Source: Pocillopora damicornis (Eukaryota). Taken from it: 64,000 nucleotides of DNA. The translations under genes and the position numbers were made by a program. The notes beneath the pieces are model-generated. The model was not told where the DNA came from. It saw only the letters and a list, made by a program, of their open reading frames with translations, and made no database searches. The stretch lies in contig NW_020846063.1 of NCBI RefSeq assembly GCF_003704095.1, positions 1,178,001 through 1,242,000 on the forward strand. The letters run 5' to 3'. Positions 14,501 to 25,500 of this stretch are shown here, piece after piece; the stretch's first letter is position 1; every line of letters begins with the position of its first letter.

Positions 14501-17500
14501 ATCATATGGTTACACCAAAGTTGAAATCTTGATTCGTCGATTGTGAAACGAATATTGCGTTACATTTGATTATTTATTAGTTAGTTTATCTTCGTGGATC
14601 TGATTTTAGAGTTCTAGTGGGTATTTCGGTCGGTTGTTAATTGATGAACAAGGCTGCGCTAAGAGTTTATGTACGTAACAGGCAAGTATCTCCAACAATT
14701 TGCATATTGGAGTGGGAAAATTACTCGTTAGCGCCGAGTTATTTTGTCTGTTTTAGCCGCGTGAACGCCTGGTTTTCTTGTAAGTTTGCAGCGAAATAAC
14801 GGTGTGGTTTTGTGTCTGTTGTCTCTTTACAGAATACAATCAGTTTGAAGCGAAAATTCACGATATTCGTGAGAAAATGATGAACAGTGGAAGTCCGGGA
14901 ACTTTGAGGACGTCCGTGAAGCGCCAGCTATATGTTAGGTAAGAAATAAACGTGAATATTTATCTCGTGTTTTAAAAATAGCTCGCTTGACTCAAAATAC
15001 GACACTGACTCGTGTCTTAAATCTAAGGAGATTAGTTATAACGCTCTTTTCACCCTTTTCTGTGATGGGTATCATGTTCGCTAGGATCCCGTGTTCACTT
15101 ATAAACTAGGAGTTTTGTATGTCTCAAATACCAAATTGCTATCTTTATTTTGAACACTGTTTCTTTCTCAGTCAATTCAATCTGTGATGCTTGTTTGAAG
15201 TCACTGGCATTCTTGAAATGTTCGTCATTTTCTGTCGACATCGATCTGACTTAGTTTTGCTGTTGTTATTTTCTCACTTGCTTCAACGCGCCAAGTAGTT
15301 TATAAAGTTTACCATGGCTGTTCTATTATATTTATTGTCGTGGAAGTGAATCTTTTAGCGGATGTTTCATGTGCAAAGCAATACAACGGTGAAACGGAGA
15401 GATAGTCTGGAATATTCACAAAAGTTGTCTTGCGTGACTATCTCAAAACAACCCTCCTGTTGCGTTATTTGCAAAACACACTCAGGGCGACAACCCTTCA
15501 ATATACCTCCTGTTGTGTACAAAATCAGAAATCGCATTCATAGTTTCAGACTAGTTTTCCTCTTTTCACCATGAGCGCGAATACTGATTGACGCTTTTTT
15601 TCCAGCTTTGCTGCTTTGATAAATAACACTTTTATGGGCAGGTTTCGATACACTGAGCTGATTAAATTGAACTAATATATTACTCTTATCCTGTAATCTG
15701 CTCTGAATATTTGTTTTGTTTTGTGTGAATCCAGCTGGAGCTGGTTTTGAGTTCAGAGCGAGGGCTAAAAATTTTGCCGCCCGGTATCTTTCTCCGCATG
15801 CTTGTCTTTCGATGTCTTTAGAATGAGAAAGAGCTTTTAATTAATAGTAGAAGAAAAACAAGATATAAACTGGGTTTTACACAAATGCCTCACACTCGCT
15901 TTGTATCCAGGCTTTTAGTTCCAATTATGAATGCAGTTGATTAAAGAATTTTCCTAATAGGAGTAAATTTAGTGACTAAAGTAGTCTAAATGGTCGAAGG
16001 TATGAGAGCAAATCAGGCTTAAACAGATTTAATTGACAATTATTCTAGATGATGGTGAAGGAGATAAGTAAATCAATAGTGCTTGTAGTTAATTAATCTC
16101 AAGCTCCCATTTGTAGTTCTTGGTAATCCACGGGGATTTCTCCTTCCTTTTCCTTATTAATGTATTTCAGCTCAATTTATGTTCGCGTTCTCTTTTTATT
16201 TTATGGAAGTTTTCTGAGTCGCTTATTGGACTCAAAATATCCTAGTTGCTTCCGCTTTCACGGTGCCCCTCCTCTGTTGCCGACGTCACGTTCCTGAGTT
16301 CCTCATTTCATGTCAGTGGGTGCGGTTGTTGTTGTGGGTGGGTGTGGTCGTTGGTGTGAGTGTGATCTTTGGGAGAGGAGCGGAATGCCTATCATGGCTT
16401 TCATTTACTCCCGAGGTCTTTCCTGATATCGAGACATTTTACCTGTCATCCTAAATTTCTTAAGGAGGTTAAAGGAAGACCTCCTTTATGCGTTTTCATT
16501 CCTAAAGCAGATTTCACTGTCCACCCTGAATTGCTGAAAAGTTGTTTTCTGAAACCTAGCGAGGTCTAAGTTTATAATCCTGTCTGATTATAGGAGTCTG
16601 ATTTTTGACCCACTTAATACATTTTACGTTTTTTAGGGCTCTGTTTGACTACGACAAAACAAAGGACAGTGGTCTCCCCAGTCAGGGCCTGAGCTTCAAG
16701 TACGGCGACATTCTTCATGTGACCAATGCTAGTGATGACGAGTGGTGGCAGGCCAGACGGCTGAATGCTCTGGGGGAGGAGGAAGGGAGAGGTGTCATCC
16801 CCAGTAAGAGGAGGTAAGATTAGGACAAGGCTACTTCATTGATCAAGATACTTCTTCTCATTACCTAAGGCAAATTGTAAACTCCTTTTTGTTTTTCAGA
16901 GTCGAGAGAAGAGAAAAATCAAGAATGAAAACAGTGAAATTCTCAAGAAATAGCGAGGAAAATAAAACAAAGGTAAAACCCATTTTAATTTTTTTCAGTG
17001 GTGTATTTATTTACTCGGATATTCATTAGTCTATCGATTTATTTGTTTTTGATGGAAAGAAGTATTTTTATTTAGGGGTGAATTAATGTAGTTCAGCTCC
17101 CATATTCACCATTATCCGCTAATTTCATGACAAGAGGAAAGGAAATTGAGTTTGAAACTGATCTTGATCACTTTCTTTCATACTTATTTCATTCAGCAGC
17201 TATCTGATAGTTTCATTTCGTGTAACACGAGTAAAGTAAACAGAAAAGATTCGTCTTGAATTAGAGAAAAAAATTTCTTTTGTTTTTATCCTTTGTAGAC
17301 TTCGTTTAATGAAGGAACAGGAGGCCGAAAGCGAAGTTTCAAATTTTCGAAGAAGCTACCGTTTTTCAAGAAAGAATCCGAAAACGAGACGACAAGTGAC
17401 GTAGAACCAAGCTATACATCAAATGCTAGCGATAGTGAAAGCAGTTACAGCGCACGCGCAGAGGACAACATCCTATCGTACGAAGCTGTGGTCCAACACG

Positions 17501-19516
17501 AATTACAACACACTCGGCCCGTGATAGTCTTGGGACCGCTTAAGGACAGAATCAATGATGACCTCATCTCAGAATTCCCGGATAAATTTGGCAGCTGTGT
17601 ACCCCGTATGTAGTCATACCAAAAACACTTGAACAGTGTTGTTTCTGATTGTTTTGTTTTGAAAGCTTTAGTGTAAGGGACCATGATCTCTTCCTGTCTG
17701 CTGATTCAGTTTTCGTTCATTAGTAGGAGTGCATTGTTTTGACAAACAAACTGCTTGCCTTCCCGCACACGGCTCACTTCTACCCCGCTTTTACCTCGTC
17801 GTCGTGCGACTATTGTTCTCCACAACCGGACGACTCTCCTTCGCTTCCTGTGAAAAAGTACAACCCCCGCCTCGCATCGCCCCGCCCCCGCCCCTCCCCT
17901 CCCGTCCGCTCCTCCGCACACTCCCCTTTCCTCATAGAGCGTCTAACATAAGATTTACCAAACAGCAGGATAAAAAAAAATTCAATGTTGTTATTTGACT
18001 GTTTTCTTTTGATTACAGATACGACGCGTGAGAGGCGTGACTACGAGGTGAATGGGCGGGATTATCATTTTGTAGAGTCACGTGAGGAGATGGAGCGATC
18101 AATTCAGAACCACATGTTCATCGAAGCCGGTCAATACAACGATAATTTGTATGGGACCAGTGTGCAGTCAGTCAAAGAAGTCGCCGAAAAGGTACACTCG
18201 CAAATGCAAGGGTGTGGTTAGGAGGTGCTAAGAGACCCCTCACTCCCCCCTTCCCATTTGCCAGAAAAAGTTATAAACCAGCTCAGTATCCCCATCTTCA
18301 AATACTAAGACGTCAATGTAGACCCACTTGACTGGGAAATTCTGTCCTTATTCCCTGTCGTCACTACTGTGGTTAAGTCCCTTTTTGTAAAATGAAAGAA
18401 GCGTAAATGTGGAGGTACTAATTTGGCTCTCCGTAGCTATTAGTCTCCAGAGAAATGTGCCAAAAAAAGTCCTGTTGATATGGACACTCATTGGACATTA
18501 ATTTGTCTCTCTTCAATTGAAGAATCCCAGGGTTTGCCAAACGATGAAATATTTGTCTCTTAATGATTTTCCTACTCAATGTGGAATCCACTTTAATAAA
18601 TCCACTTTAATAACAGACAGAAGTATCAGAATGTTAAAAAAAGTGTTTCATTATCTCCGCTGAAGTCAATGCCAAAGATTGCTGAAAAACAACACCAAAA
18701 AAAAACACAACAAAGAAGGCTTAAAGCCCCAAAGGAATCACAACGCGTTTTGTTGTCAGTAGAACTGGGCAAGTAGTTTTACGTCACTGAAAATGTGGTT
18801 GTTTTGATGAGAACTTTCAAATATTTCAAATCCGAATTACTACGATGAAATGCTTTATTTCGCAGAATAAACATTGTATTCTGGACGTTAGTGGTTATGC
18901 CATAAAGCGTCTCCAAGTTGCAACACTTTATCCGATCGCCATCTTTTTGAAACCAAAATCTGTGGACTCCATCCGGGAACTCAACAAACGACTAACGGAG
19001 GAGCAAGCGCAGAAGACTTATGACAGAGCCCTTAAACTAGAACAAGAGTTTGGAGAGTATTTTACTGGTAAGTTAATAAAACCTGACATGGAACTATCAC
19101 AAATTTCATTTATCAGTAATAAAACATTTAATATCTTCATATCTCTTACCTCTGTCGTTATTTGCCAGTTTTGATGAAGCACCAATTTTGTCAATTCAAA
19201 CCGATTTTGGCTTTCTCTTTGTTTTGGTTTGTTTTAATTATCGTGGTTCTTCTATATTTTCAAGGAGTGTTCAATTTCTATCACCAGACAGTGATCACAC
19301 CCCTTTTTCCTAGCTCAGAAGGAGAGAATCCAGAATTTCCCGGTCACATGAAAACTGTGGAAGAGTAAATTTACTTCGTTCATCTTTTTTCCCCTTTTTT
19401 TTTCCCTAGCGGTTGCCCAAGGTGATACCTATGATGAAATCTACACCAAATGTAAGGAAATTATACGTCAGCAGTCAGGGCCTGTTATATGGATCCCTTC
19501 TAAAGAAAAACTCTAA
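2543..19516 (+). CDS. DLG1: Discs large MAGUK scaffold (L27-PDZ1-PDZ2-PDZ3-SH3-HOOK-GK), about 882 aa, 21 exons
   Basis: Phase-consistent exons 2543-2561, 2680-2811, 3070-3215, 4262-4345, 6330-6368 (tentative), 8080-8136, 8516-8640, 8866-8968, 9387-9468, 9541-9677, 10175-10334, 11133-11292, 11686-11842, 12962-13064, 14833-14938, 16637-16813, 16900-16972, 17299-17605, 18019-18191, 18866-19067, 19410-19516 (2649 nt). Starts [25 protein letters not shown] (L27); three GLGF PDZ domains; SH3 ALFDYD..DEWWQA; GK ending [15 protein letters not shown] at about 20475. Confidence 0.95.
5558..5603. repeat. (ATT)n microsatellite
   Basis: About 15 tatt/att triplets in a DLG1 intron. Confidence 0.9.
9697..9908. 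mobile_element. Non-autonomous piggyBac-type MITE (212 bp including TTAA ends)
   Basis: TTAA|CCCTTTA ... TAAAGGG|TTAA termini; same length and ends as 30127-30338; interior similar to 51093-51282. Confidence 0.8.
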
Positions 19517-21714
19517 GTAGAACCGTAGTCCACACACAAGTGAGTCAGCGGATCAACCTCCAGACATGCGCATCCGTTGTCCTGTGTTTCCATGGTTATG
19601 TAATGACGATTGCAATGTGGCGTTACGATGGTGCTTCGTTGCTTTTGCGGGAAGAGATTAATTTGGCTGCGCCTGGGTTGAAGTGACTTTGACAGCATAT
19701 ATATTTTCAGTTGACTAAAATTCATTGCCCAGCCACGTTTTTGATTGTCATTGCCTTTGCTTGTAGGAGTCGGCGACGTTATTTCGGCAGTTTTTTCGGT
19801 TAGTTAGACATCTGAATTTTAGAAGTAGCACTCTGCCAAAGTTAGTGCACAATATCGTCTTTGTTCATATATTTGTCACTGACGAACACCCTTATGTTTC
19901 TTTCGTGACTTCCTCCGTGCGCAGCTCTTATTTGTAATGTCACGCACACCTATACTTCGTGAAATAGCGTAACAATTGTTTTCCAAGCGCAGAGATCAAA
20001 CAACGGCTCTTGATTTATCCAAAGACGAAAACTTTATTATACTGGTTTGGAATGCTTCTCAAATATAAAAGTGACTTTCTGACCAGTCGCTTAATTGAAC
20101 TTTAACCACCTGTCGGATTTGTATATCCTGGTGTAACTTAGATTGCTGACTGCCATTTGGGCTTTATAATTCAATATGTCGTAACTTTTGTTACCTTTAC
20201 GCTTCGTCTTTCAATTCGAGTTAACCTGAATGTTACCCTCTTACCTTCTAGTGATGGTTAGAGCGGTTTTTAATGTAACTGTCAATCTTATCAAGGCAAA
20301 CAATTTATGAAACAGCGAGAATTCGGATCAAAATCGTTTGATGACGGAGCCAAAAATGTACAGTAAAAAATTCGAATTAAGGATTCCTTTAAAAGTTTCA
20401 TTAAAAATCGCTCTAACTTGTGCAGTAATAATCCTTTGTGTTATTCATAAATTTAACAGAAGTATTGTAAGATAAATAAATAATTTTAATCTGAGTTGAA
20501 TGGTTTGTCAAGGCCGAAGAATTGAACTGTTAGTCAGCTTACTGGGCCGTAAGACCTTGAACTGAGAATCATTTGGGTTATTAAAAGAAATAGTGTCATA
20601 CTTGATCATTTAGAAGAGACCTTAAATTAAAATTTAGCCCAGAACAATAGTACGTAGATTCTCAAATAAACTTGTACCCAGGACTAGTTTGCTCAGTTCA
20701 GGGGGGATTACGGGCTCACTTCCTGGTCGTAGGCTTGTAATCGAGCGGACCAGTTAGTCTGTCTTCAGCTGAGGTTTTCCCGGGAGCTCATGATCCTCTC
20801 CAGGTCTGTACAGGCGCGGTTCCCAATTAAATATTTCTAACGTCCTGGGAACAGACCTAGTTTGTCAAAATCATCGCGTTCAGGCGATTACACGCCTTTA
20901 ATCGTTTCATTTCACGTGGCGCTGTGTTTCCTAATTTTGGTTCGTTGTACAATTCATGGTCAAGCATTACCAAGTCACAGTAAACGCCCTTCTTTCAGAT
21001 GTGGTTCTTTTATTGCCGCTTGATACCCAAAGAAGGAGTCCTCTTCTCAGGCTTAAGGAAGAGGGCGTGGACATGAATTCAGTGCAAAATAAGTGTTCGT
21101 GCCCGCGTAAATTCTTTGTTCCTGATCTAAACATGACGTCAAAACTTTGAGATTGGAGAAGTTCGGGGAAAGTGATCTTGGATGATAAGGAACTGTACGC
21201 AATTAGCATCGAAATGGCCGATTATGCCTTCTGGTTAAAAGTCATCCGCTTGTGAATGTGAGTAGTCAAACATGAACAGAGTTATCGTTATTTGAAAGTA
21301 CACAGTCAAGGGATAGACTTAAATTGTACCTCTGCCAGTGAACATGCACCTTTTAATTGCTTCGAAATTAAAGTCACTCGTCGGAAGACTCAAAACTATG
21401 CGTGTTTCAGGACGTTGGAAAATGTAACATTTCTCTGTACAAGCGCGACTCAAGGATTAGGCTTCCGGTCGAGGCTGCCTAGGACACGATGAGAGTCGTA
21501 CAATATACAGTCAAATGTTTATTGAAGCGACTTTCACCATGTCCACAGACAGCAGTTTATTCCACAATCGTTGACTATGTGTCATCCTTCTGACAGTCGC
21601 AAAAAACCCCATGTTTTACACTTAACGTAAACACATAAGAATGATATTTGAACAGCCGTGAGGTAACGCATATTCACGCTTACGCATTCGCACGCCAACT
21701 CCACACTTTCGTTA

Positions 21715-22595
21715 TCACAAAAACAGTTCTGTTCCTCGTGGAGAAGAAGTGCCACCTACGAAAACTTCGAAAAAAATCATGACAAATGGTTCCAGAGGTA
21801 TTCGTAGAAGAAATAGGTTGATTACAGGGTGGATATTTCAATTACTTGCCAAGTCTTCACAGATGTAAATATTAACTTATTTAAGGTTCGTGAAAAAAAG
21901 AACTCGATACGAATTTGCATCCTCAATTTGTCAGGGCTCCATGAGCTGCTCCGAGCTACGGAAAGTTAAATGTTTTCATTAGAAACATAGAAAGAAGTAA
22001 TACTTAATTCGGAATTCCCTTTGACAACTATGCTAATGACAGATGTGAATATACAGATATAAACAGGAACACGAAATTCTAGAGACAACTTCCTGCGGAA
22101 GACAACAACCTCAGGCTGATTGGTAAACTGTAAATTAAAATGTTTTACAAATTTAGATATTTTATTGTCTTCCTGTTTGAGTTCATTAATTACAGCTTTT
22201 ACCCTCTTTTTGAATAATTAGGATTATTATAACTACATCTTTTGAGATGTTTTAAAAGTTGTCAGAGTTCATCAATACACATGTGGGCCCTTTAAAGCCT
22301 AATAATTAGCTTCACTACTGACATTTTGTTAATGATCCATAAGATAAAACGTAAAAATTTCCGTGGGTTTCACTGTCTCTTACCTCTATCAGTAATGGTG
22401 GGCAGTTTCTCTTTGATCGGCAAAGTGAGCGCAGGATCTGAGCGTAGATATTGAAATTGGCGGCCTCAATTCTGTTCATCGCAGGCTAAAATGTAGGACT
22501 CAGCTTGTAGCTATGAGCACTCACCGAATTCATGACTGAGGTGTTGGCTCTCAAGTGACTGAGAGCCATCCACCAGCCGTCTTATGGAGATGAGG
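21715..22595 (-). CDS. Candidate 3' exons of an unannotated small-exon gene (product unknown)
   Basis: Minus-strand exons 22595-22525, 22437-22384, 21955-21911, 21755-21715 have AG/GT ends and consistent phase-1 junctions: ..LISIRRLVDGSQSLESQHLSHEF-DPALTLPIKEKLPTITDR-ARSSSWSPDKLRMQI-RGTSSPRGTELFL*. Minus-strand AATAAA at 21561-21556 and 21523-21518. Confidence 0.45.
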
Positions 22596-25500
22596 CTGAG
22601 AATACGTTAATTATTCAAGAGTTTTAGGATAAATACACGACAGGAATAAAGGAAAGTTCTGCTCGATAAAACAACGGAAACCAGTTAAGATCTCCTCAAT
22701 ACCTGTGCCTTACGTTCAGTGCGTTTCAAATCTTCTTAGAAATGATAAGACGTTAGGTGATAAAAGTAAAGCACAATGTTCGCAAGGGCATGTGGCCTAC
22801 ATCCGTAGGAGTTTATTCCAGTTTTCGTTGTGCGAAGCGACCACTAGAGGGGAAATTGCGGTATCCCCTCTCTCCCTCCCTCCCCCCTCCCTAACATCCT
22901 GAATGGGATATCAATTTCACACGCCTCCCTCCCCTACTGAGTTAGTTTGCCGTATCAGTTCACCGCCGTGAGTCCCATTCAGTCTTAGGCCTGGGTAGGG
23001 TGGGGTGAAGAGAGACTAGTATCAGAGTAATCTGTTTCTATAGTTCATCTTGACACTGCTGGAATGAAATAAACGCCTCCATAAGTCAATTATCCCCTCG
23101 TGAAACTCCTTCTATCTGTAAAATTTCGTTAGAAATGAGTAATGTTGATGACTCCTTCTCAGAATATCATTTAGCCTTTCTCCTCGCTACATTCAGTTCG
23201 AAAGAGGAAAAGTCCTTCCCTCTCCAAATTTTTTGTTCTCATTTTCATGTACTGAACTCTTCAATACACTCAGATATGGAGTTAGTTCAAAAACAACGAA
23301 TTTGCCATCTAATTTGCGATGCTTTGAGACAAACCCTTAGGAGTTTAAGAATCACAAATTTCGTCTTCACACGCATCAGGAACGTTTCTGTTGCATGATT
23401 TTGGTTTACAAATTGACAGATCACATGACTGAACTTATTGATTTTCTTCGATTTTTCACCTAAAGCCTCGTATTGTTAAATATATTTAAAAAATTTAGAT
23501 GTGGATACATTGAATGGGAAAGTTTCTTTGACTCGAAAAAGCAGGGAGACGCTATGAATAAGAAACAAGATTTTATCATTACCCGCTGTATAGATTGAAA
23601 ATGAAATAAATATTCTTCGACTTCACTTATGCACGCGAACGTTAAATTGGACTCTGTCTACGTTTGCCCGATGCAAGATGAAGAGGTTTTATTTTCCTTT
23701 TGTCAGCATGAATTCCGGTTTAGTGTGTAGACTGTTTGAAGAAGAAGAAAGAGTACAACCTTTTCTGTTATTCAAGGTCATCAAGTGTTTGTGTAAAAAT
23801 GGTTATTTTAACTTAATCCACGCAAATGAAGACGTGTTGCACATTTTCCGCCGACGCAGCAGAATTCAATAATTGGAAAATAAAACTACTCATAGAGTTT
23901 CTCGTAAATTAACATAACGACAAGTGCAATTCATTTATCAAAGCGATCGCTGAATTCATTCTGTTGAGACAATGGATATTTGAGGAATTATTGATGTAAC
24001 ACGTATACATAAGCTATGTTTTTCTTGAAGGCTTTTTTCGTCTGAGTTATTTGCTCAAATACTAAACTGACAAAAGCACAGATTTAACTTGATCACAGGC
24101 AGTATGTGCAGAATGTGTCTCTATATAATCGGTCAGAGAAAAGCGGTGAAAACTACTAGCATAAAAAAGAATGCTGAGTAGTTTCTTGGCTTGAAAATTC
24201 CGGGTTTGATGGTTTGATGTGTGATTCGTATGCAAAAATTCTACTAGGATTATTAATTATGAGACTCAGTGAAGAAGCAAACCAATTCAATTACCATTCT
24301 TGTCTGTCTGTGTAGGTGTTAGAATTTACAAAGCATCGAGAGAATCAATAAAGCTATTTTGGTAGAGGAAATATGAGAAGAACAGCCTCTTTTAAACGAA
24401 TGCAAGAAAGAAAATTTTAAATTGAAATATTTTTGTCCATGTAGTATTTTTTTAACTGGTTTCATACAGCGTCATATTTTCTTTTTATATTGACTTGCTC
24501 AAGAAAATTGTGGAGTTAAAATTTCCAACGAAAAGCCATGAAAGAGTGCATTGGCCGCACGCAAAGCTTAAAAATCCGAATCATTGAGTTAAATTTTGAA
24601 ACAGTGGGGTGTTTCTAGAAATATTGAATATTAAAGCATTCTCCTGTGCAATTTATTAAAAAAAAAAAACCGATCAAAGTTCATCGTATTAAGAAGAGTA
24701 AGGGTCGTTTTTGTAACACGTCAGCATGGCTAGCATAAACTCAAGTAAGATTTTACTGAAGGTAAGACGTGACGAGAAATATACTCTGGGATTTCTGTGC
24801 GAGGTTGAAAGTTTTATCGCAATTGAAAAATGTCGAATTCTTAAGGAGAGACCAAAAAAAATTGGCACGAAGTGTTGAAGGAAACAGGAAGTGACTACAG
24901 ACATAAATAACAAAATCTTTCTCGATCGCACACTCTAAGGTTTGTACTTAAAAAATATAATTGCAGTTGTTACCTTTTATACTTACCAAGCTGTTAGATT
25001 AATCGAAGCCTTGCAAAGAATAATCCACTTGCAATCGCCTGCTTTAGAGAATCGGGTGTTTTTATGGTAGAGATGTGATCAAACTGCTGACAGAGCCGGC
25101 AACACGCGGTGGCTCCTTTTCGAAGACAATCACGTTAAAACTGAAAATATCTAGTCTCTGGGATGCCATGGTCAATTCGAAACTTTAAATCGTTTCAAGA
25201 ACGATTTGACACATTTTTCAAAGACCTTGGTTCTATTTAAAGCGAAAAAAAATTGTTCCTTGACTGCGCGGAAATCATTTGCCAAAATACGATTTTTTTT
25301 CTGTCCCGATTTTGACGTTGTGCGCCATATATTGGCGAATTTCTAACGAGCGCGCGCAGTCATAACCTGTCGATTGCGTGGGTGAGAGACCATTCCGGGG
25401 GCAGTGCCTGCCAGTCAAGTGGCCCATCCCACGCGCGTTCAATTCTCTTCTGACCAATAACACGCGCACAAAAATCGAAAAAATAAAATAATATCCAGCA

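Noticed and set aside
20956-21255. ORF continuing through an in-frame TGA (..TSKL*DWRSSGK..) as a selenoprotein
   Set aside because: No redox (CxxU-type) context, no convincing SECIS downstream and no family similarity.
22540-22574. Hairpin GGCTCTCA-AGTGAC-TGAGAGCC as an IRE or SECIS
   Set aside because: The loop is not CAGUGN and the AUGA-AA-GA spacing does not fit. It lies in a candidate exon and may be chance.
23030-23460. Protein-like minus-strand frame (..ELNVARRKAK*YSEKESS..LMEAFISFQQCQDEL*)
   Set aside because: Multiple stops, no clean splice boundaries and no recognisable homology; I cannot support even a pseudogene call.
24987-25169. Ornithine decarboxylase antizyme (ORF1 plus +1 ORF2 layout)
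   Set aside because: The stop context is CCA-TAA rather than TCC-TGA, and ORF2 has no antizyme motifs.
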